From a virus: DNA of 64,000 bases. The stretch spans positions 1 to 64,000 of IMG/VR virus record IMGVR_UViG_3300022745_000628; one strand, given 5' to 3'. Under the pieces are notes generated by a model that had not been told where the DNA came from, searched no databases, and saw only the letters and a program-made list of their open reading frames with translations. Positions 28,143 through 37,499 of this stretch are shown here, piece after piece (position 1 is the first letter of the stretch; each line of letters begins with the position of its first letter). The translations under genes and the position numbers were made by a program.

Positions 28143-28454
28143 ATGTTTCCGAGACTCGGTCGAAAGCCGTATTCTAAGAAGTTTCAGATTCCAACTTTGA
28201 TGATTAACGATCAAATTTGGGAAAAACTATATCTAAAGGCAGCTGGCTTAATCGGGAGTTCTAGTTTCGGAAATCATTGGGCTGCTAGAATTCCAAGCAA
28301 TACCGATGTTGCGCAAAAAGGCGTACTCGGTTGCATAGTTTACTTGCGCTACCCGTTTAGCCCGCTAGCAGGCGCCACAAATAAGTTGGAGGCTATTATT
28401 GTCAATGAAGTCGGGGCTTACGATGCAAATAGAGGCAAAGAGAATGTCCGATAG
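28143..28454 (+). CDS. NxxMWxKL-family variant
   Basis: INDQIWEKL. Confidence 0.75.
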   Translation: MFPRLGRKPYSKKFQIPTLMINDQIWEKLYLKAAGLIGSSSFGNHWAARIPSNTDVAQKGVLGCIVYLRYPFSPLAGATNKLEAIIVNEVGAYDANRGKENVR

Positions 28455-28680
28455 CATAGCGCGGGACATTGCTGCCATATGCGGAGTATACGCGTACTTT
28501 CCTACTAAACAGCTGATAGGTTTTAGTGTTACATTCTATAACACTAGGGAAGATATGCCAGTAGCGTACTTTTTACGGGATTACAAGCGTATTGTTTCAA
28601 TTATCGGAGCTCCGCTGATTCTGCCGATTTACAAATTAAGACAGGAGTTGCCTAACCGTTATGCTACGGCTGTACATTAA
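28444..28680 (+). CDS. Small hypothetical protein within array
   Basis: No clear motif; coupled. Confidence 0.55.
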   Translation: MSDSIARDIAAICGVYAYFPTKQLIGFSVTFYNTREDMPVAYFLRDYKRIVSIIGAPLILPIYKLRQELPNRYATAVH

Positions 28681-28900
28681 AATGCCCGTTGCACAAAAAA
28701 TGCATCGTAAGGTAAATGGTCAGAATTCGTATGTGCTGCAGCTAATTCAGCAGCAAACAGGGGCTGCGGCGACTCGTGGCACTGGCATAAAGCTGCCGAA
28801 TATGACGACAGGTTGGGCAATTTACGCGTGTATCTCTAATATAGTGCAGCAACGAGAGCTGCTTAACTTAGAAAATTGCGAGGTTCATCATGTCCGGTAG
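28661..28900 (+). CDS. NxxMWxKL-family variant
   Basis: VAQKMHRKV. Confidence 0.65.
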   Translation: MLRLYIKMPVAQKMHRKVNGQNSYVLQLIQQQTGAAATRGTGIKLPNMTTGWAIYACISNIVQQRELLNLENCEVHHVR

Positions 28901-29180
28901 TAAATATGTAAATGTGGCAATGTGGGCGAAATGCGTGCGGTTAGGCAGTCCAGACGCGCCCCGTACGCCGTTTGACACGTGGTTCATATATGAATATTGG
29001 CTAAACCCGGCTCGCGGCCAATACGCACCTGCTAAATCCGCACGTTGTACGCAACTTGCATTTTTGTGCAGAGATATAACTGATCGCTACCCGTTACGTG
29101 TTTTAGAGGTTAGGCATATCTGCAGAATTATTATCAAATTGTCACTTGTACGTAGACTTGCAATAACGGTAGTTGCGTGA
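28890..29180 (+). CDS. NxxMWxKL-family protein
   Basis: VNVAMWAKC. Confidence 0.8.
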   Translation: MSGSKYVNVAMWAKCVRLGSPDAPRTPFDTWFIYEYWLNPARGQYAPAKSARCTQLAFLCRDITDRYPLRVLEVRHICRIIIKLSLVRRLAITVVA

Positions 29181-29461
29181 CACAAAGAAATGAATCAATG
29201 AGTATTGCCAATAGTGAGCGTAACATCAATTTCTTGATGTGGAAAACACTGTGTATGAACGATTATGTGCGCGGCGGGCTCAGAAATTCGATACAGCCGT
29301 CGATGTTTGTAGCGCCATTTTGCATACCTTTTGTGGACTTATCCCGACCATACATTATCAATAACGCAGGGCTTACACCCTGTTTGGGTAATCCCCGTTG
29401 GCTGCGCAATGAGGCTGAATGGCGAACACACAAATTTTTAGGAAAAACGTTAGTAGCGTGA
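29177..29461 (+). CDS. NxxMWxKL-family protein
   Basis: INFLMWKTL. Confidence 0.8.
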   Translation: MTQRNESMSIANSERNINFLMWKTLCMNDYVRGGLRNSIQPSMFVAPFCIPFVDLSRPYIINNAGLTPCLGNPRWLRNEAEWRTHKFLGKTLVA

Positions 29462-29718
29462 TGGGCGCCAAAACGCTAAACATACCAATGTGGGCGCGAC
29501 TAGCAATGGATACAACAATGCCAAGTTACTGTAACACGCCTGCCGCTTTCGCGGCAGTAGCTCCGATACCGAAGGTATACATATTGCAGACGGCATTGGT
29601 ACATACCTTGTTTAATTTAAGCAATCGATATCATGTACGATTGCCATTGTTACGTGTTGAAAGTGTGCGCAGTTGCCCAGATACTTGCGCTGTAACCGTT
29701 ATGTTTTACGTAGCTTAG
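29461..29718 (+). CDS. NxxMWxKL-family protein
   Basis: LNIPMWARL. Confidence 0.8.
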   Translation: MGAKTLNIPMWARLAMDTTMPSYCNTPAAFAAVAPIPKVYILQTALVHTLFNLSNRYHVRLPLLRVESVRSCPDTCAVTVMFYVA

Positions 29719-29739
29719 AAACAACATTGGGAGATAAAT

Positions 29740-30015
29740 ATGTTAGAAACGGTAATGCGCAAAATGGCGCTTCGTTTAAGTGTATGTAGCGGTCAGTGCG
29801 TTTGCAAACCGAGTACAGATATGTTCTACATAGACAGCAGTGGTCAGGCGTTATACATAGGTTTTTTTGCACATAGGGGGAACCGACCTACGGACTACAA
29901 CGATATATCCGTGGCACTGGCAGATATACAACTTGCAGTGAGGCAGTGTGCCACCCTGGGAGATATTCTAAAAATTGGAGATTTCATGCTTGATACGGGT
30001 TGGTACACACAGTGA
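29740..30015 (+). CDS. NxxMWxKL-family variant
   Basis: VMRKMALRL. Confidence 0.6.
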   Translation: MLETVMRKMALRLSVCSGQCVCKPSTDMFYIDSSGQALYIGFFAHRGNRPTDYNDISVALADIQLAVRQCATLGDILKIGDFMLDTGWYTQ

Positions 30016-30025
30016 CACGGGCACA

Positions 30026-30295
30026 ATGATGTTAAAAAATGAAAACGTAACGGTGTCTGTAGAAATGTGGCGTAAACTCGGCTGGCCAACCAATCGCGCG
30101 TTTTTTTCGGCTAACAGTACTTGTTACGTTCAGGCTGAGTTTACTGTTTGTGCTAAAAAAGTTGTTGACAGCGACACTATAGATCCATATCAGACGCTCG
30201 CAAATGTGGCGCCGTCGGCGGTAGTACGCCGTACTACTGAAATGACCCGCTGCGTCAGAAGCACTACGTTCAATGGATTAAGGCTGCTGATCTAA
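30026..30295 (+). CDS. NxxMWxKL-family protein
   Basis: VSVEMWRKL. Confidence 0.8.
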   Translation: MMLKNENVTVSVEMWRKLGWPTNRAFFSANSTCYVQAEFTVCAKKVVDSDTIDPYQTLANVAPSAVVRRTTEMTRCVRSTTFNGLRLLI

Positions 30296-30585
30296 TGTTG
30301 AAACAAGTTAACCGGGATTTGTCTAAGGGCGCCACGACTACATTATCTAAAAAGATGTGGGACAAGTTAGCTGACGCACCAATGCATCACGATATAGTTG
30401 CTAATATTCCGTACGCCGGCGCCGCCACATCTGAAATACTGAGTAGCGCTCATTATCATGGAATTTTGTGTATGCCGTCGGCCCACGGGAACAATACCGC
30501 CCATTTTGCGTGTCAAATATCTAACCTACTACCCATGCCGGAATTTTACTATAAGTGGCAAAAACATAATAGTAATAATGAATGA
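30295..30585 (+). CDS. NxxMWxKL-family protein
   Basis: LSKKMWDKLA..PYAG. Confidence 0.8.
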   Translation: MLKQVNRDLSKGATTTLSKKMWDKLADAPMHHDIVANIPYAGAATSEILSSAHYHGILCMPSAHGNNTAHFACQISNLLPMPEFYYKWQKHNSNNE

Positions 30586-30832
30586 TATGCAAAACGTTAA
30601 GTTGAACAGAGTTATGTGGAGTTTAGTCGCCGATTTCAATGGCGGTCCCCGGAAGCACACGGATTTTGACCCTGGTAACTTATATTTCGGGAACATAGCG
30701 ATTTATAACGCGATACCGGCAGAAGCCGTGCAGCTTGTGGCGTGGTACGGCGAGCATATACCAGGGTTGCGACCCATAGATGTTCTTACCTATCTTTACC
30801 GCGTAGTGCCTTATCGCTTTCGAAATGAATAG
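30578..30832 (+). CDS. NxxMWxKL-family protein
   Basis: LNRVMWSLV..LYFG. Confidence 0.8.
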   Translation: MNDMQNVKLNRVMWSLVADFNGGPRKHTDFDPGNLYFGNIAIYNAIPAEAVQLVAWYGEHIPGLRPIDVLTYLYRVVPYRFRNE

Positions 30833-31058
30833 ATTAATGTGGAGCAAGTTAATGACCGATCCTGCGAGTGATACGTCTATGCGTGATACGTATCCGCGTA
30901 ACGCAACATATCCGGAACACTATACGCAACCCGATTTTGTTAAAGACAGCACGTACGCTGTAGTAAGTAGTTACTTATTTAAGATGTATGCTATTCGATC
31001 AAGTCGTATAATATCCTACCGAATACACGAAATAGCGATAAGGACGCCATATGCCTAA
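30825..31058 (+). CDS. NxxMWxKL-family protein
   Basis: MNRLMWSKL. Confidence 0.8.
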   Translation: MNRLMWSKLMTDPASDTSMRDTYPRNATYPEHYTQPDFVKDSTYAVVSSYLFKMYAIRSSRIISYRIHEIAIRTPYA

Positions 31059-31347
31059 GCGCTTACCAAATGTGCAAATGTGGCGGAAACTGGCAATCGT
31101 TGGAACTGGCCCATATGCTCCGGCGCCTGATAATTATCACGCGCGCAAATCAACAGATTTCTGGTATTCCAACGCGCTGATCCTATCAACTGAGCAATTA
31201 ACTGGGGCTAATCAGGTTTTAGATTTTTTGGCGCATAACCCTGACACTGGATCTGTGTTTACGTCTAGCTTAGGCGGATTCTCTGACGTACTAGCGACAA
31301 CAATGTTTAAACGCAATATGTTCGGGGTATTGTGGAGTACTTTATAG
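31051..31347 (+). CDS. NxxMWxKL-family protein
   Basis: PNVQMWRKLA. Confidence 0.8.
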   Translation: MPKRLPNVQMWRKLAIVGTGPYAPAPDNYHARKSTDFWYSNALILSTEQLTGANQVLDFLAHNPDTGSVFTSSLGGFSDVLATTMFKRNMFGVLWSTL

Positions 31348-31568
31348 TGGTAAACACAAAAATTATGTATATGTTATCGTTAGGCGTGCATCTTGGAAGC
31401 CATATGCCCAATTATTGGTATGCGGGTGATATACCTTTGCAAATACAGTACAGATATCCCGTGTTCAGTACTTTAAATTTCTTACGCAGAGAGCGTGCGT
31501 TTCCTAATAGTTTTGTTTGCGCTGTTTATCCGGAAATATACGAGGCCACGAGAGGCTTAGGACAGTAA
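31332..31568 (+). CDS. NxxMWxKL-family variant
   Basis: VNTKIMYML..WYAG. Confidence 0.7.
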   Translation: MEYFIVVNTKIMYMLSLGVHLGSHMPNYWYAGDIPLQIQYRYPVFSTLNFLRRERAFPNSFVCAVYPEIYEATRGLGQ

Positions 31569-31572
31569 TGCC

Positions 31573-31860
31573 ATGAGAAATTCCAGATCGTTAAATTGCC
31601 GAATGTGGGACAAATTACGCGTGGATAGCATAAGACCTGATTGGAGCGAATCTCCGGGCCCCATGTTTTATTCAGGTTTGAAGCTTATAGAGATACAATA
31701 CGCGGTAGGTCGCTGGGCTCTAATAGTGGACTTTTTGCCCCATTGGGGTTTAGCGGTCATTGCACGCAATGGCTCGTCCCTGATAAACTCTCAAATAAAT
31801 TTGCAAAAAATTGTAAGCAAGGTGAGTAAACATGCAATTACGCTCAACAATGTTGAATAG
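31573..31860 (+). CDS. NxxMWxKL-family protein
   Basis: LNCRMWDKL..FYSG. Confidence 0.8.
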   Translation: MRNSRSLNCRMWDKLRVDSIRPDWSESPGPMFYSGLKLIEIQYAVGRWALIVDFLPHWGLAVIARNGSSLINSQINLQKIVSKVSKHAITLNNVE

Positions 31861-32131
31861 AGTTATGTGGGGTAAGTTAGAGATATGCTCCGCTAGCTAT
31901 ATAGAAACTCCAAACTGTTCGCTATACGCCGGTTATTACATACCGTCATGTATACCCGGCAGCAGGAATCGGGCAGCGTTAGTGATCGCATTCGACGAGG
32001 TTACACGGGCTTCGCAACATAAACGTCCTCGTATGTTGGTGAAATTACACCAGACTGTGATGCACGGAATAATTACTTCGCTTATCGAGAAACAAGTGGA
32101 TATAGCCTTTATCGTCAATGTGGCCAGGTGA
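31832..32131 (+). CDS. NxxMWxKL-family protein
   Basis: LNRVMWGKL..LYAG. Confidence 0.8.
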   Translation: MQLRSTMLNRVMWGKLEICSASYIETPNCSLYAGYYIPSCIPGSRNRAALVIAFDEVTRASQHKRPRMLVKLHQTVMHGIITSLIEKQVDIAFIVNVAR

Positions 32132-32134
32132 TTT

Positions 32135-32419
32135 ATGTATCAAACCAACTCAGAACCAATGACGCTTAACGTGAAAATGTGGTTATCGCTCGCGCCTAGC
32201 CCGCCAACTGCCCAAACATTTAACCTCTATATGCATACACCATCGGCGTACTATTTTTGCAGACACCCGCAATCCGAAGAGCACGGATACGAAATTTTAC
32301 GATTGTGGTGTGAAACCCATATATTCTTACTACACAAGTTAGATCCGTTAGCTAAAGGTCATGTTACCTGGCTTATACCGCTTCCAAAGTATTTCCGAAG
32401 ATATGCCAAGTGGGGTTAA
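32135..32419 (+). CDS. NxxMWxKL-family protein
   Basis: LNVKMWLSL. Confidence 0.8.
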   Translation: MYQTNSEPMTLNVKMWLSLAPSPPTAQTFNLYMHTPSAYYFCRHPQSEEHGYEILRLWCETHIFLLHKLDPLAKGHVTWLIPLPKYFRRYAKWG

Positions 32420-32633
32420 TGACGCCATGTGGCGTAAACTAGACATGCATACCGAACACTGTAATGGCCATATTAGTCAGCCGTGGCCAGCGTGGTGCGT
32501 TATGGCCGCCCAACTTGTATACACAGGGTTAGAGTTCGCAACCATTTTAGCGCTTATTCGAAATAACCATAATAACGCACTTTTTCCACCGCAGGTACGG
32601 AGAATTATAACTGATGTCATATATAAGCCATAG
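32403..32633 (+). CDS. NxxMWxKL-family protein
   Basis: VNDAMWRKL. Confidence 0.8.
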   Translation: MPSGVNDAMWRKLDMHTEHCNGHISQPWPAWCVMAAQLVYTGLEFATILALIRNNHNNALFPPQVRRIITDVIYKP

Positions 32634-32850
32634 AATGTGGGCACGGCTGGCAATAGATAGAGATTTACGTTTCCAAATAGCTTGCCCTAGTAACGTCTGG
32701 ATAAATACTCGCGCTTTCCCAAAGCACACACCACTGCTGCACAAAGTATGTACCCCACTCACCACACTTAATTCATTCGACGTTTTTTGGCACGCGCGCA
32801 CGGTAGAGCACGCCGTTTTTAGCGCAATCGACTTCAGTTATCTAGCTTAG
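32614..32850 (+). CDS. NxxMWxKL-family protein
   Basis: ISHRMWARL. Confidence 0.8.
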   Translation: MSYISHRMWARLAIDRDLRFQIACPSNVWINTRAFPKHTPLLHKVCTPLTTLNSFDVFWHARTVEHAVFSAIDFSYLA

Positions 32851-32862
32851 GGAGCCGGCTGT

Positions 32863-33162
32863 ATGCCTAAATTGAAGAAAAATGCGGTGAGCGCACTTAA
32901 TCGAGATATGTGGGCAAAATTGGAGATCCCTATTGCACACATACGCAGCCCGTTTGATAACAGCCCTGATTTAGCAGGTTATATTATTCTGCACAAAGAC
33001 TTAATGAGGCCTACTAATGATTGGGCAGCTGCAAAAATAAACATATTTTGGTCAAGTTCTTTTTCGGATGTAATAATCCTGCTTCGGGCAGCAGTAAATA
33101 GTACTCGGGATTGTACCTATCCATTGGAGTCCGGAGTGTTGCATGACGCTGTTAGAAACTAG
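32863..33162 (+). CDS. NxxMWxKL-family protein
   Basis: LNRDMWAKL. Confidence 0.8.
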   Translation: MPKLKKNAVSALNRDMWAKLEIPIAHIRSPFDNSPDLAGYIILHKDLMRPTNDWAAAKINIFWSSSFSDVIILLRAAVNSTRDCTYPLESGVLHDAVRN

Positions 33163-33421
33163 TATGCCAGATAGTAATGTGCACCAGTTAATGTGGAAGA
33201 AGTTGTTAATCGGAGAATCCAACGGGCTCGCGTACGGTCCCGCTAACATAGTGTACAACGGTATTTTTCCTAAAGGTTTCAACAACGTTAGGTTAGATAT
33301 GCTTCACATAGTTACTAACTATTTATACCTGTCGTCACGAATTAGTCGCAGTGTGTACACGGAATTACGCCAAGCGGTACGTCTGAGAAATCCTTTGCGA
33401 GATTCACGAGGAGATGAATGA
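33143..33421 (+). CDS. NxxMWxKL-family protein
   Basis: VHQLMWKKL..VYNG. Confidence 0.8.
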   Translation: MTLLETSMPDSNVHQLMWKKLLIGESNGLAYGPANIVYNGIFPKGFNNVRLDMLHIVTNYLYLSSRISRSVYTELRQAVRLRNPLRDSRGDE

Positions 33422-33696
33422 GCGGCTTAAATAAACAAATGTGGCGACAGCTATACTTGGATAAAAAACTCTTAAAAGATAGCACTCTCGCAGGCGCTGT
33501 TCCGAATGGACGTAGTTTTAGGCCGGACTATATCCGCGGGTACACCGGTGCGGTACTAAAGCACCACATGCCCGATAGATTACGAGATAACGTAAAAATG
33601 ACACATACGGTGTCGCTACCTATTCGCGGTGCCATATTTTCCAACTTCAACGCTGTATTCAGAAAGTTAGCTTTTGATGTTGATCACTTCTCATGA
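33418..33696 (+). CDS. NxxMWxKL-family protein
   Basis: LNKQMWRQL. Confidence 0.8.
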   Translation: MSGLNKQMWRQLYLDKKLLKDSTLAGAVPNGRSFRPDYIRGYTGAVLKHHMPDRLRDNVKMTHTVSLPIRGAIFSNFNAVFRKLAFDVDHFS

Positions 33697-34024
33697 TTTT
33701 TCTAGCAGATCTACCGGCGTTGCGTATGCGATGTGGTTTAAATTAATATTCGCAGACAAGCCGTGTGATCCTAACGAGGCGAGTTACATACGACCACAAA
33801 ATATTAGCAAGGTTGGCCCGTTGGAACTTGCTGGGCCGGATATGTCGGAATTCGAGATACTCCCATATTTGCACGATGTATGCAGCCAAACTGTAGCTGA
33901 TTACCTTATTTGCATAGACGATTACACCTTGACGTACATGCGTACGGCTATCCAAGACATAGAATTTCGACTAGAACACGTCCAGTTAGAAATGGCAAGC
34001 GCTGTGTGCTGTGATAAAGATTAA
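33677..34024 (+). CDS. NxxMWxKL-family protein
   Basis: VAYAMWFKL. Confidence 0.75.
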   Translation: MLITSHDFSSRSTGVAYAMWFKLIFADKPCDPNEASYIRPQNISKVGPLELAGPDMSEFEILPYLHDVCSQTVADYLICIDDYTLTYMRTAIQDIEFRLEHVQLEMASAVCCDKD

Positions 34025-34405
34025 ATGCGTAAGATGCCGTACAATTTCCTGTTAACTCTGGCGGATCAGCTAGATAGCGCACTTGCGTTTCTAGGCTTGT
34101 CCGGTTGGGTGCGACAGCCTATCAATATTCGAATGCAACTGAAGCTTCAACATAGGTATGTAAGCGAGGTATGGGATGCTTGGGCGCAACGCCGATTGTA
34201 CAATCCATTAGAGATGCCGGGCTGGATATATCCCAGATATGATCCTTGCCATATGCTACCGCGAGCTATTTCTGCGCGACAGCATGAAGCGCTTACGCAG
34301 TTAAAAATTAATTGGATGCGCAGCCTAATGTTGTTAGAAGTTGCGTTTATGATGCAGTTGCGACTGCGATTATTCACAAAATTAAGGAACTTAGGCTGTG
34401 CGTGA
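34025..34405 (+). CDS. NxxMWxKL-family variant with N-terminal extension
   Basis: INIRMQLKL after a hydrophobic leader. Confidence 0.7.
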   Translation: MRKMPYNFLLTLADQLDSALAFLGLSGWVRQPINIRMQLKLQHRYVSEVWDAWAQRRLYNPLEMPGWIYPRYDPCHMLPRAISARQHEALTQLKINWMRSLMLLEVAFMMQLRLRLFTKLRNLGCA

Positions 34406-34622
34406 CAATCCTGTCGGTAATCAGATGTCGAAAAAATGCTTGGATGCGAGCCGCGCGGTGTACGCTGTGCCGTACGTGGCGCATAATAAAATCCATTGGT
34501 GTGATGGACATTTGACAAATGTTGCGTGTGTGTATGGCACCACTGACTTGCAGATCATTGAGCATATCCACAACGTTACCGTGGCCAGGTACATTAAATG
34601 GAGGCAGGTTGATGTCGTTTAA
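34398..34622 (+). CDS. NxxMWxKL-family variant
   Basis: VGNQMSKKC. Confidence 0.6.
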   Translation: MRDNPVGNQMSKKCLDASRAVYAVPYVAHNKIHWCDGHLTNVACVYGTTDLQIIEHIHNVTVARYIKWRQVDVV

Positions 34623-34869
34623 GCTTATTAACCTGTTAATGTGGTGGAAACTTGCGGGGGGTACCACTGCGGAAGGCCCTAAAAATATATGCGCTGCCGC
34701 AGGTGCAACTATTCGTACGCAGCTTAAGATCGCGTTATCAGATACGTACGTGACTGCTTATACCGTTACTGGCCTACGAGACGCACACACTCGGAGCAGG
34801 GTACTTCAGGAAACTATTTATGATGTGTGCGATCAAATTGCAGATCAGTGGAATATCAACGAATGTTAA
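34612..34869 (+). CDS. NxxMWxKL-family protein
   Basis: INLLMWWKL. Confidence 0.8.
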   Translation: MSFKLINLLMWWKLAGGTTAEGPKNICAAAGATIRTQLKIALSDTYVTAYTVTGLRDAHTRSRVLQETIYDVCDQIADQWNINEC

Positions 34870-34967
34870 ATTCTGCAATGCTGTACAAAGCCGCTAGTTA
34901 TTACGGTATCGCGTTAAATGTGCACGGTTATTATTTAGACCGGAACAAGCTTAACGATGATGAGAAT

Positions 34968-35040
34968 AGTTATCAAAACGATAGTATTTCATCGTTTTGA
35001 GTCCGATTGTCCGAGCGACTATAAACTGCTCGGTTGAGGA
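34968..35040 (-). ncRNA. 3' part of putative TnpB omega/reRNA scaffold
   Basis: Minus-strand hairpins CCGAGC..GCTCGG and CAAAACGAT..ATCGTTTTG next to the right end; 5' extent unknown. Confidence 0.55.
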
Positions 35041-36070
35041 TATTGACGGCCGCGTTTGTATCCGCGTCCGTTTCGTACCCACAAGAAACACACCGATAAG
35101 CCAGGCCTACCCTGGAAGATCTATCGATGTTTCCACACCTGGAACAAGTTTGCGAGGTGTAAGCGGCAGGAACATCCTGTACGCCCACACCCTTAGCCGC
35201 GCACTTGTCTTTGATCTTTTGCAATGTCTTGGAATAAACCCACGACGCCATTTTATTGGCGAATCGCCTGGACATTGTTCGAGAGGCTCGGGTGCCGCGC
35301 TTAACGTTTTTAAGCGCTTCAAGCACTACGTAAGTAGGCTGCTCTGCCGCCAGCATCTGATTTACAGCCTTGCCGACAAGGTTGTCTCGTTGCTGCATGG
35401 TGCGCTGGCGGTTTACAGACCCTCGTTTTTGTCTTGCTAGCTTTTCGTAAACCCGTTCTAGCTCTTGCCCATAAATATTGCCGGTAGAAGTAGCGAGTAA
35501 ACGCTTGTAACCGCAATCCACGCCTACTGGTTTATCGCCAGGCGAAGTAGTCGCAGCTACTTCTTTTTCAAAGCAAACATCTAGATAAAATCTGTTACCA
35601 ACTTGCCGCAGTCTGGCGGACTTACTTAGCTGCCAACCGTCTGTAACAAACGCGTTGAAGTGCTTGTGTTTGTGCGTAGGCAGTGCCAGTTTAATCCCCC
35701 TCCCTAGTGAAGCCAGCCTGACCCAGAAATCGAACGAAGTAGTTTGAGCGTTTCTGTCGAAGGTTACAAATCGGCTGTCTAAATTGATCACAGATCGGCG
35801 AAACACAGGTTTACTTGTGCATCGCCCCCGCGATAATCTAGCTTTCGCGGATTTCACGATCTCGGAAGCTTGCTTACCTAAGCATTGCTGCAGCCTTGCG
35901 GATAGCCAACTATCTACTTTTTGCGTTACAAACTTTACCTTAGGAGCCTCCCAAAGTAAGTCGATGTAAAGATTCACTACGCGAACGGCTTCTACCATAA
36001 CTTCGGCTAACGCAGTCTTTTTGCCCGCGTTGCTGTACGCCAAATTGAGTTGGCAACGTCTAATCTCCAT
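34973..36070 (-). CDS. tnpB: TnpB RNA-guided endonuclease
   Basis: RuvC I GVDCG, RuvC II VLEAL, Zn finger CSRC/CVSC, RuvC III DADTNAAVNI. Confidence 0.95.
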   Translation of the reverse strand: MEIRRCQLNLAYSNAGKKTALAEVMVEAVRVVNLYIDLLWEAPKVKFVTQKVDSWLSARLQQCLGKQASEIVKSAKARLSRGRCTSKPVFRRSVINLDSRFVTFDRNAQTTSFDFWVRLASLGRGIKLALPTHKHKHFNAFVTDGWQLSKSARLRQVGNRFYLDVCFEKEVAATTSPGDKPVGVDCGYKRLLATSTGNIYGQELERVYEKLARQKRGSVNRQRTMQQRDNLVGKAVNQMLAAEQPTYVVLEALKNVKRGTRASRTMSRRFANKMASWVYSKTLQKIKDKCAAKGVGVQDVPAAYTSQTCSRCGNIDRSSRVGLAYRCVSCGYETDADTNAAVNILNRAVYSRSDNRTQNDEILSF

Positions 36071-36617
36071 GTTGCAACTCCTGTATCAATTTTTCTGTGT
36101 TACGTTGCGTCCTACGACGCCCATAAAGGCGAGCGCAGAAACTGGTGACAATGGCCACAAAATCTTGCATTAGGTCGCTTTTGTCGTCCATCGCTGGGTT
36201 TATGACTACAAACTCACAAGCTGGTTTTGCTGCTACCAGCAAGTTAAAACCAAATCGCGTCAGCCGGTCCTTATGCTCTATCACAATCCTGGCAACTGTA
36301 TCGTCTCGCAAAATCTTTAGTAACTTTTTACGATCGTCATTTAGTCCGCTTCCGATCTCCGTAACAATGTCTGAGACTATCCAACCTTTGGCAGCGCAAA
36401 AGCTAGCTACGCGTTCGGCCTGGGTTGTCAGCTTGCTTTTGTTTTGAGCAGAGCTCACGCGCGCGTAAACAATCGTCTTGCCAACTATTGCGGCATCTTC
36501 TATACACACGGTACCAGTTGGCAGCCTATACGCCCCAGGTATTTTTCCTGCCTTGAATTGCTTCCACGCGGTTTGGTAAGTAATGCCGTGTTGTTTTGCG
36601 TAATCTCGTAATCTCAT
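36060..36617 (-). CDS. tnpA: IS607 TnpA serine recombinase/transposase
   Basis: N-terminal MerR-like HTH, YARVSS catalytic motif, EHKDRLTRFG. Confidence 0.95.
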   Translation of the reverse strand: MRLRDYAKQHGITYQTAWKQFKAGKIPGAYRLPTGTVCIEDAAIVGKTIVYARVSSAQNKSKLTTQAERVASFCAAKGWIVSDIVTEIGSGLNDDRKKLLKILRDDTVARIVIEHKDRLTRFGFNLLVAAKPACEFVVINPAMDDKSDLMQDFVAIVTSFCARLYGRRRTQRNTEKLIQELQHGD

Positions 36618-36786
36618 GTTTTTATTATAGCAAAGGAATACAAAAGACTATGCCTTATTCAAAAGAATTTCAATACCTTCTCAACGTCGGCTGTCCATGA
36701 CGTTGCGTTTGAGCTACATATTAAAGAACAGCAACGTATATTGTTTTTATTGCTTGACAAGCAGTTGCGCGGCACAGGAGTTAAAA

Positions 36787-37023
36787 TTGAGTTTTAATAT
36801 TAAAATGTGGTTACGCCTTGTGATATTTCCAATACATAAGTTTCGGCGTCGCGAGCCACATGACGGGTTGTATGCTGGGGTCGTAACACCAGAATTTCGC
36901 ATAATGCTGGATCAGGGAATGGCAATAGCCCACATACATTCAAAAGTACATATGTTGCAGTCTATGCCTGTGGAGCTCCCTGTACATCATGTAATCGAGG
37001 AAATCGTTTATGACAGAGCTTAA
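36787..37023 (+). CDS. NxxMWxKL-family protein
   Basis: FNIKMWLRL..LYAG; TTG 36787. Confidence 0.8.
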   Translation: MSFNIKMWLRLVIFPIHKFRRREPHDGLYAGVVTPEFRIMLDQGMAIAHIHSKVHMLQSMPVELPVHHVIEEIVYDRA

Positions 37024-37261
37024 AGAAATGGAAGAGTGGTGGTCTGTAAACAAGCTCATGTGGGACAGACTAGCGGCAGCAGCAATAATACGCGAGCGAC
37101 CAGCGGACATACGGTACGCTGGCGAAGCACGCGCTTTCTTTGCTAAGCTGTCGCATCAAGCGTATAAAATATCAGGTACGTATGAGGCCAGATTTCGAAA
37201 TATGTCTGGGCAGATCGCCGTATATTATGTAATCTCGGAAATTGTCCATGTCAAAACATAG
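37010..37261 (+). CDS. NxxMWxKL-family protein (young subfamily)
   Basis: VNKLMWDRLA..RYAG. Confidence 0.88.
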   Translation: MTELKEMEEWWSVNKLMWDRLAAAAIIRERPADIRYAGEARAFFAKLSHQAYKISGTYEARFRNMSGQIAVYYVISEIVHVKT

Positions 37262-37499
37262 CGAACAGTTAGTCAGATTGTCAATAAACAAGCTCATGTG
37301 GGATAAGTTAGCTGTAGCAGCGTCTGAGTACGAGAGTCCGAGTAATTTCTGTTACGCCGGTGGCATGGACGCTTTAGTAATTAACATGTCGCTGTCCCAC
37401 TATGCCGTATTATTATCCTACGCTGATAAACATAAACATCAGCCAATGTTTATCGGCGTGCAGCGGTTAATCGTGAGAATTGTCGATGCCAAAACATAG
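37248..37499 (+). CDS. NxxMWxKL-family protein (young subfamily)
   Basis: INKLMWDKLA..CYAG. Confidence 0.88.
   Translation: MSKHSEQLVRLSINKLMWDKLAVAASEYESPSNFCYAGGMDALVINMSLSHYAVLLSYADKHKHQPMFIGVQRLIVRIVDAKT

Larger units (their letters stand above)
34968..36668 (-). mobile_element. IS607-family insertion sequence (1701 bp)
   Basis: Serine-recombinase tnpA plus tnpB; AGAAT shared at both junctions (34963-34967 and 36664-36668). Confidence 0.9.
34863..36797 (+). pseudogene. Array member (MLNSAMLYKAA...) interrupted by IS607
   Basis: 34863-34967 joined to 36669-36797 gives an open 77-aa ORF. Confidence 0.8.

Noticed and set aside
34997-36447. + strand ORFs within the IS607
   Set aside because: Shadows of tnpB/tnpA with no recognisable motifs.
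34968-36668. IStron (group I intron-IS chimera)
   Set aside because: There is no room for a ribozyme between the left end and tnpA, and the element is antisense to the interrupted gene.
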